From Dudresnaya verticillata (Eukaryota), in the NCBI GenBank assembly GCA_977862235.1, contig OZ374560.1, positions 2,852,001 to 2,916,000 of the forward strand: a DNA stretch of 64,000 bases, read 5' to 3'. The position numbers and the translations under genes were made by a program. Under the pieces are notes generated by a model that saw only the letters and a program-made list of their open reading frames with translations, was not told the origin of the DNA and ran no database searches. Positions 55,447-64,000 of the stretch are shown piece by piece (position 1 is the stretch's first letter; each line of letters starts with the position of its first letter).

Positions 55447-58400
55447 AACAATTGCCTTTGTTCTGTTCCCCAACTTGTCAGTAGAGTTCAGCCAAAACGT
55501 TTCTTGTAGCAGTGTAGTGAATATTCCCGGGGTGTTGTAAACCGCGGTTGAAGATGTAGTAAAAATGTTTCTCCTTAGGGCAGGGCGTCGTACAGTTCAG
55601 CGCAGGCGTTAGGTAGTGTGGCAGGTAGTTGCAAGGGTGCTATTCGTGAAGTGGGTCGGGTGACTTGAAGGTAAGTGTTAATCAGGTTTTGCTCAGAAGG
55701 GCAGCGCGCGCTTGGGCGCCCGCAATTTGGAGCGATGAAGCATCAGAGATGCAGGAGGAGGGGCAGGGGGCGCGGGGTGGCGGGGGAGGAGGGGGAGGCA
55801 GGGTGACCCCGACTGCTGAGAGGGTGAGGGCAGGGTGTCCTGCTTCGCCCGACTGATATGGCGCTTACAATGAAAGCCTGCCAGGTGGCGCTCCAGCTCT
55901 CTCCCAGCAGTGACACCACTAGTATCCCCAGTGGCTGCGGCGAGCGAGGCGCCCGGTATCCCAGCAGCTGCCGCGGGCGGCTGGCCAGTGAGACACCTGT
56001 CCAGGGCCGATGACGCGGCCCCCGGGGCGGGGCGGCCCAGATGGGAAAAGGACCACTGCGGGGCGCCGGGGCGGACCGGGTGGGCAAGGGGCAGGACGGC
56101 CCGCCCTCCAAAAGGCCCACGAGCCTACAAGAAGGCTTACAGCCATAACTGTAAGTGCGCCGCTCAGTAGCAGCGGGTGCAGTGACCAGCGCCGCCCGAG
56201 CGGCGCCGAGGGGCGCCTCCTTTTGTCCATGACAACAACGTTTTGTCCAATGTCTTCATACAAAGCTGTTTTTACGCGACGATTCACAGTAGGGAACTTT
56301 CCCGCCAGGCGAAATGCTCGCAAGTGTCCAAGTGCTTCATATGCCGCTCGCATTCGCATAATCGTACTCTCTACTAAGCAGAAGGCTCCCTTGGCGTAAT
56401 TATAATGCATTTCAAGGGCGAGAGCGTTACGAAGCGTTAGTCCAAACAGCACAACGTGCCCTACTCGATGCAGCGACTCAGTGCCCGGAGATCAAGAGGA
56501 TATCCCTTTCTTTAGAAGATTTACAAGAAGCCCCTTTAAGGAGGCTTAGGTGGTAGCATTTCCAACTCCACGGTTGAGAAGCGCACGCCACCGGGGCGGG
56601 CAAGTTGGAAAGACTTGTACAGCTCTAAAGGACGTCGTACGCGCATATCTATATGTATTATACAAAAGCAGGGAACTCATAAACTGAACGGGTGCATGTA
56701 CGGGTTTTGTACCAATCATTCCAACTTCCTGTGATTGAAACTATTGGGCAGCCAACTGACACGCGCCTGTCTGATGCGGCGACCAGCAATGCTCGTCACA
56801 CTCCAGTGACCAAAGGGTGATGGCCTGTGACAAGCAGAAAGACACGCGGGGAACCACTGTAATGCCACTTGCCATGCATGGTCCGGGTGGGTCAGCGGGC
56901 CACCGGGTGGGCCGCGGCCTTCAGGAGGGGACCGCGGTCCCCCGCGGTGACCGCGGTTGTCGGCAGTGGGCAGCTGGGGCGAATTGGGAAGCGTACACCG
57001 CTGGTGTTCTGACAGCCACCAGTTAAAATTCGGCACATGGCTGATTGCAATATTGTTTCAGCCAATTAAAATAGTATTATTGTCACGGAGCTTTTTAATT
57101 AGGTTTCTGCATTGCAGCGGGCAGGGGCTCTCTGGTGGCTTGCTCACACCACGCATCATGCGCGACCGGGCTCTTTTCTGTTGACGTTTTTACCTTCAGT
57201 TTTTCTCGAAGTCGACACACACAAGCATGCCCCCGCACAACCATCAACGCACTATGCTACACATCCCCACGCACAACTACCGACACGCTAAGCCGCGACG
57301 CCATGCTTGCTAATACTACAAACTGCTTTCCTGCCCCGCACGCACACAACCATCCGTGGACACAACACCGTTCTCCATGGCGAAGAAGGGAGGCACCCAA
57401 ATGGGGATACACATCCCAACGGCAACCTCGCGTTTCTGCAAACCAATTCTTACGTAACCGCTGTATTCATGTTTACCAGTATGTGACCGTAATGTCACTA
57501 ACCCAAACTAGCCACTTACACCACGCAGTTACCGCTAACTCTATGGCATGAACCCGGAACGACTCCTTGCGCGCCATTGCGAGAAGCCCCCGCTAACATT
57601 CTAACCCCATCTACTCTCGGAAAAGACGCGTAATGACTCATGTGCACAGCTCAGAGACATGGTTCAGAAACAAAGCTTTCAGTGAAGCCTTTGACTTCAT
57701 GAAAGCATCAAATATTTGCGGGAGAACGAAAAACATTGTGTAGTAGTATGGCCCGTTAAGGCAGAAACCCGCCAACCGGGTAGGACAGCTGTCCTGACGG
57801 TTCACAACACACTAGCTTAGGTAGCTCGGGAAAAGGGGTTGGTAGAGACTTTGAAAGGCACAGAGCCTAAGGGAAAAGGGGCAAAAGGGACGGTGCCACC
57901 CAGCTCGCACAGAGCAACCGTCTTGTGGAGGCAAGGCTCGTAAAGCACCTGAAAGGGAGGTTACGGTGAGTCCGTGAATTCCAGAAAAAGGGTAAAGACC
58001 CGAAACCCACCGTGGGTTCTATTCAGGAGGCCCCTGCTACTCAGGGGCCTATTAAGTATACAGAGCCGAAAATGCTCTTACCTCCTATGAGCTATTCTAA
58101 CCTATTCTGGGTGTAATTATTAATCTAATTGTACTGTTGTCAGTTGTAAATACAGATTAGTGGTAGTACCGCGTCGGGACGCGTGAGCGGCCACAATAAA
58201 TTACCCAATGGCAATTCGCCATCAATGTTGGTGCCAGCAGGGACGCCAGCGGGGCGCATCGCCCTTACAGCGCACGGCGCTTGTGCACGCCTTACAGCTT
58301 GATGCGCGGGGTCGTCTTACACCTTAATGCGCACAAATGACTTACAGTGCGCCAGCACTTCTGCTGCGGCTCATTCTTCCACACATTGCAGTACGCCACC

Positions 58401-58468
58401 AGACACGACCTGCACATAACCACTCCGTACTACCCTCACCATGACAACCAGTGCAAACATGCAGCGCG

Positions 58469-61400
58469 CTACTCACGTTCCTTGCTATTGTCACTATCTG
58501 GGACTTTTTCAGGCACTGTCTGAGTATTCGCACCGTCTCCAGCACCTGCTCCAGTCACCGTGCTATATGTAACAGGTGCACCTGAAGCTTCCAGTCTGTC
58601 TGCTTGTGTGTCAGTAACCACAGCACCCTGCGATATAGAGGGCGTAAGCCCAGCTTTTCCTTTGGATGGACTTAAGTTGTCCACAGAACCATTCACAGCA
58701 CCTTCTTCGATCAAATAGTTCTGCTCAACATAGGGAGATGTAAGTGGATCTACCTCTTCCGGCGTTTGCGGTTTAACAAACCACAACCTGGAGCCGTGAA
58801 GCCCATCCAGGCAGCTCCTCCAGAAATGATTGATGTGGTACACGTTACCAATCCGATCACAGTTCAGAGAGGGGTCCCGCTCGCAATCTCCGATTTGTTT
58901 CTCACCCTTGAGTGTACTGCCATCGCCAACAATAACGAGCAAAATGATCGCTCTGCTTGATGCAACATTTATCCTCTTCCGATCCTTGAGGAAGCCAATA
59001 TTACTTTGCATGTTGCTGCGAGTCATGAAAAGGATGACGACTCGTCTCTCCGATCCTTGCAGAGCATCAACGGTGTCAATAAGCACTGCCGGGTTTTCTT
59101 CTGCAATTCCATCAAGAACGCCACCGGGCATATTGAGAAAGTGTTTCAGAAACTCAACTTGGCTCCTGTAGGGTGATAGGATTGCAATCTTCCCGCGAAG
59201 CTCAGATGGTGCAAGATCCCATACGCGCTGCAGAACCAGTCCAACGAGCCGTGCCTCGCACTTGTTGATATATTTTCCGGCGTTAGGGCGTTCCTCGTCT
59301 CGAAACGAGTGGACAGTCGCACAGTATCCACAAACGTTAGTGGGGCTAACTGCATCTTTTTCTCGTCGTTGTACACTTTGTTGTACCTCGAAACATCTAC
59401 CGGTGACTTCACACGATTTCTATAAGTCACATACGTCTGAATGAAAGCAATTCCAGGATGCGAGCGATACTGCTCAACTATCCAAGCAACAGGGCAAGCC
59501 TGTTGCCTCATCAGACGCTCGAACAAAGAAGTCTTTTGGTGTCGGAACGAGAAGTTGACGCACATTGTGTGCAGGACTCCTTGGACAGCATTCTCCATCA
59601 TCAGTACTGGTGGGAGCTGATGATCATCACCGACAAGCAAGATGTGTAGAGTTTCAGAAACATTCCTCTTGCACCCGAGAGCAGTAATGGGAACCAATGA
59701 CTCAGGCTCCCAGGACTGGGCAGCCTCGTCAATGATCACTACGGAACACATAGACCCAAAGTACGGCTTCATGTTTGAGAAGAGGTTGCTTCCAGATGTT
59801 CAAGAGGTACACAGCACAACAACTGAATCTTGTATCATCTGGCACAATGCCTTTCTTGAAGGGTTAGTGCGGGGCTCATCATCAGGGCCAGGTACGTTGT
59901 ACAACTCGTTGTCATATGGTAGAGCAAGGTCGGTAGCTGAGTGTTTCTGCAACTATCCATAATCGTACTTTTTGCGGCCGATCCTGACAAAGTTGATATG
60001 GCGCCGCCCTCCGTGTCCATCAGGGACTCCGTCCTTGAGCTTCAGCGCAACATTGTCCACTGCCTGATTTGAGCTGCAGCAAACCAAGATGCGCATCCCG
60101 AATGGATTTGTAGATTGTGTTGAGTATCTCAGGACTCCATCTTCTCTTTTGAGAGCGTTCTCCGCAACAACCCCTTCCCTAATGTGGCCGACACGCGAAC
60201 GGTGCAAAAGGGCACCGATGGCCGACAATATCACAGTTGTCTTACCGGTGCCAGGGGGTCCATAACTTCAGAAACTGAGCTAGAGCGGGCTTCGGCATCT
60301 CCTACCGATCTTAGAAAGGTCAGCAGGGCGCGTTTTTGTGAATAATTTGCCTCGTGTCTGCCCAAATTAGATACATACTCGAGGCAACCTGGGTCCACAC
60401 CTTCCCCCAGCAAGTCTAAGGGGGTATCATTGCTTGTCTCTGGGATTTTGTGGCGTGTTTGGGAAAATAGGAGTTGTTTCAGAAACTTTGGTAACATCTC
60501 CGACTCATGCACTGCACGAAACATGCGCTGCTGCGGGGTTCGAACAACCAACGGCGCGAGACATCAGATGTCTTTTGGTTCAGGTCCTTCTTTCCAGGAT
60601 TTCACCAACTGCTTGTTTCCTACGACCTTAGCAACAATTTGCACGTCCGTAGACTCTGCATCACTCTCTGGCAGTCTCAACAGGTTGATCGAGCGCACAA
60701 TTAACAGAAAAAGTGCTGAGTTGACGGGACCAGCAACCTTCCTTCGGTTTTCCGTGTCACAAGCTCGGAAGAACCCAATGCAAACTGTCATTCCCGGAAA
60801 TTCATCTACTAGTCTCTGAGACTCCTTGGACTTCACCGCAGAAGCGCGAAAGTTCGTCACAAATGTGGAATGGGACACATCTTCAAGTTCAAGTTCAACG
60901 AAGGGTGAACTTGTCCCACCAGCGTGTGCTCGACTCCGGAATTCAAGCGGGGATGATATCATGCCTCGGTATCTCTGAGTGATACTCATTTTAAGGTATG
61001 TACGAATTTCCATGTACTGCAGAGCTTTCCAATGCGTAGCGTAGCACACGGAGTCGCGAATCCAACTCGCTCCTCGGTAGAACATGTTTCTGTTTGTGTG
61101 CAGAAGCTGAGATAGAAACCCGTCCCCCTCTGGATTCACGGGACCAAAGTCATTACCCATTATAACGTGGTTGTTTGTTTCGGAAACATCAATACCCAGG
61201 AAGTTATCTGGGAGTATAGAACTTGGACATCATACTCAAAACCAATTGCGGACCTCCTGATGACTCGACCTCTCTGCCTGATTTCGGCCGGGTCGTTGTC
61301 AACGTCTCCGTACAATTCATTGTACAATCGCATGTCCTCATTGTCCGAATCTGGGACATCGTACTCGAATCGCTCAGCGTCTAACGCGCGATTGGTAAGG

Positions 61401-63015
61401 AAGTTGCGAAGCGCTTGGATGTCCCCACGATATTTCTTCTCGAAAACCTCAGGAGGTGTGCTCGGTGGGAGTCCAGCAGATTTCATGATCTCTTCCCTTC
61501 CCACACGCCTTTCTTGCTCTCTCAAATGGGCCTGATGGTATCTGTAACCTGGATGTCTGGGATTTTCAACGCCAAATTCAGGTTCCATCCTGCGCCGCTT
61601 ATTCGGGCCTGCGTACCCCGGCCAATATTCTGCAGTCCATGGACTTTGGGAATAGGCTGAGTCACGGACCCGGTCATGGAATTACCAGCGACCGCGGCCG
61701 GCCACGGCCGGTCTGGATCCACGGCCTTGACCCCGGGGGTTGTACTGCTGCGCATGCGCATCCCAGTGCGCATCACTTCCTCTACCAATACCGCGGCCAC
61801 CTGAATGTACCCTTCCTCTATGTGAATATGTGCCCCGCCCTGCGTGTTCATGATTCCCCATCCAAGGCGACCCTGCATAACTGCCGTTATCACTTGGTGG
61901 TGGTGGGGCCACATGGTTTCGGAAATTCCTTGGAGCAGTTTCTGAAACTCTTGGCGTTGATGTATGCGTTCTCGTTCGCCGAAAAACACGAGCGAAGGTA
62001 TCCTGGTCCAAAGAGAACCGAAAGAAAAGCCCCCCACCTGTCAGGACGGTAGTGTCCCCTTGCGAAACGCGATCTTGTAGTGCGTAGTTGACAACGTTCC
62101 AATGCAGTGTGCTGTTGGCGTCCGGCAATATTTCATCCTCATCGAAAGTGCGAATAAGAGTCTCAGCAAGCCGCTCCCAAGCCCTTCCGACTTGGTTCTT
62201 CAACATATCCATTCCGGAAAGCGTGAATTGGCCGACACGCAAGAACATCCAGACAATAATTTCCTGTACTACCATTCTACACCAGTTCGTTGCCTCCTTC
62301 TTCCAGTCAGGGAGCTTGAAGTGCTCTGAGCTGTCCTGTTGCGTGACATTCCAAACCAGATCATCACACAACTCCATAATGACCTTGTTTGTCATGTCCC
62401 AGCCAATTCGCATACCCTTAGACTGAATAAGGGCTTCTCCTGCTTGCGCATCTCACCAGTACCCCAGAAGGGCTCTTCATATGAACGTATTGTATCTGAA
62501 ACATCATTCAAGGTCGCTTTATCAGCATAGGCCTCGAGGTAACCACACATGGAAGTGGAAAACTCTGCGGCGCGCAAGAATGCGAACGCAACTGCATCCC
62601 TGGAAGCCTGGTCGAATTTCCTAGCCAACCTGTCAACATCAGAGTTGCTTGAAATCAACCGCTCTTGCGTGGAGGCGAATGCCGTGAGTAATGCCATATC
62701 GTGCCCTCTCTCCCCCAACTCGTAGATCTCACGTTTCTGAAACACACAAAGGGAACTTGCTTCCGCACTTAGTAACGACCTGATGTTGGGAACCTGGGAC
62801 AGCCGCGTGCTGTACAGAACAGCACGAACGGCGTTTGAAGAAGTACCCATAGCGTCAGCGATCGCGGGAAATGCGGCCACGTAGTCATATTTAGAAGCTC
62901 TCTCAGTGAGAAGACGGTCAACGAGGGCACTGTTCTCTTGGGCGGAGTGAGCCTCGCGGCTCACAATGGAGACTTTCTCCTGCACTTTCTGAAGAGCAGA
63001 CCACAAAGAATCCAT
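58469..63015 (-). pseudogene. Upf1/Sen1-like superfamily 1 helicase, paralog B (many frameshifts and stops)
   Basis: Fragments in successive frames: YGPPGTGKTT (~60235-60265), CSSNQAVDN, IIDEAAQ, GDDHQLPPV, SLFERL, QYRSHP, TVDALQGSE, GFLKDRKRINVASSRA; N-terminal blocks align with paralog A. Confidence 0.88.
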
Positions 63016-64000
63016 CGAAACACAGTAGAATTGTAAGCCAAGGGCAACCAAGCTTGGTTGTGCCCTAGGACACCAAATGAGATTTTCTGAAACACCGATA
63101 CAGAGATATCTGTATTGGAGCCACCGTCACGCGACGCGCCGAAAGGAGTCTCAGAAACACGGATACACGGATAGGAGTTTCCGGGTTGTGTCGCACCGGT
63201 TAAAGGGAAGAATCGTACCAACAGTTGTCTTTAACAGCCTTATGTGTAGCTCGGGCTGATGAGCCGCGGCTGCGAGTGACCTTTCCGGAAGGGTTTCTGG
63301 TTTCAGAAACTCTCCGTGGTCTTCCCGTTAATCGACACCCTCGAGGGAAATTCCTGTTGCAGAACTAACGCGTGTAAACAAGCACAAAGCGTCTGTGTAG
63401 AGGTGGAGGCAGTAAGCTTAAGCGAATTCGTGGTGTTCGAAAAGCAACGTGGGGGGCAGACTGGCCGGTTTGCGTAGGCGCAGCTGCGGGCGTGTGGGCT
63501 CTGAGTGTCGGAAACTCAACGAGGATTTTCAGTTGCCACCGCGCGGACTGCGGACTGTACCACAATGTCGGTGGTGAAATCACGAGCGTACGCTCGTGTC
63601 ACAGTGAGCAAAGCAGAAAGACTAGAAAGGAGGAAGCTGAGTGTCAGAAAACTCGTGCGCGAGAATTGTGAGTTGGTGTGGAAGGCGGAAAAGGGTTGCA
63701 GGGTCGAAACACTGCAGCGCATGCGCTGAAGAGGACTCGGCAGTCGGTATGGCCAGGACCGTTCGTCGATGTGACGATTGAGTTTCGGTGTTTTCTTCCA
63801 AGTTGGCGCGGCCGCGGCTAGAGCCGAGTCAGGTCGTGTTACCGCGGTAAAATCCTGGGCTTTCGGGCAGGGCAACATGCATTGTCATGGCATTGCTATA
63901 CGCGCGTGTGCACACTGTACACGCGCGTGTGAGGGCATCACGGATCACTGCGGATCAAAAGTCCGTGCAATCTGCACTTAGAAGTGAATTCACCACACAG

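Noticed and set aside
55660..57050. GC-rich ORFs including 55919-56452
   Set aside because: Possibly a transposon remnant, but no assignable motif.
57737..58195. Possible solo LTR (TGTG...CACA)
   Set aside because: Only 4-bp terminal symmetry, no TSD and no second copy in the window.

Overview
Eukaryotic, essentially intron-free, repeat-rich window; a red-algal source is an inference from gene and transposon content, not verified. Left half (1-33345): a nested tandem duplication. Bases 1-13483 recur almost identically at 19862-33345 (period 19,861 bp), and a ~5.9-kb module (5194-~11066) recurs diverged at 13481-~19153. Together they give three copies of a gene encoding Sel1-repeat - Roc GTPase - COR - TIR. 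One copy (14881-18840) is intact. The other two lose the TIR domain through different lengths (G7, G8 versus G6) of the same homopolymer. The Sel1 repeats vary at fixed positions and are shuffled between paralogs, as expected for an innate-immune receptor family. Also duplicated are a RING/PHD-like ORF, a decayed membrane-protein ORF and a CRE-like non-LTR retrotransposon fragment. Right half: a 5'-truncated chromodomain Ty3/Gypsy element with antisense ORFs, PPT and 3' LTR, saturated with CCGTNACGG palindromes and inserted into a Upf1/Sen1-like SF1 helicase; a KDZ/Zisupton-like transposase with a decayed PHD-finger neighbour and repeated GAATAGCTATTC palindromes; and a second, heavily decayed helicase paralog. 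No rRNA, tRNA or CRISPR array was seen.
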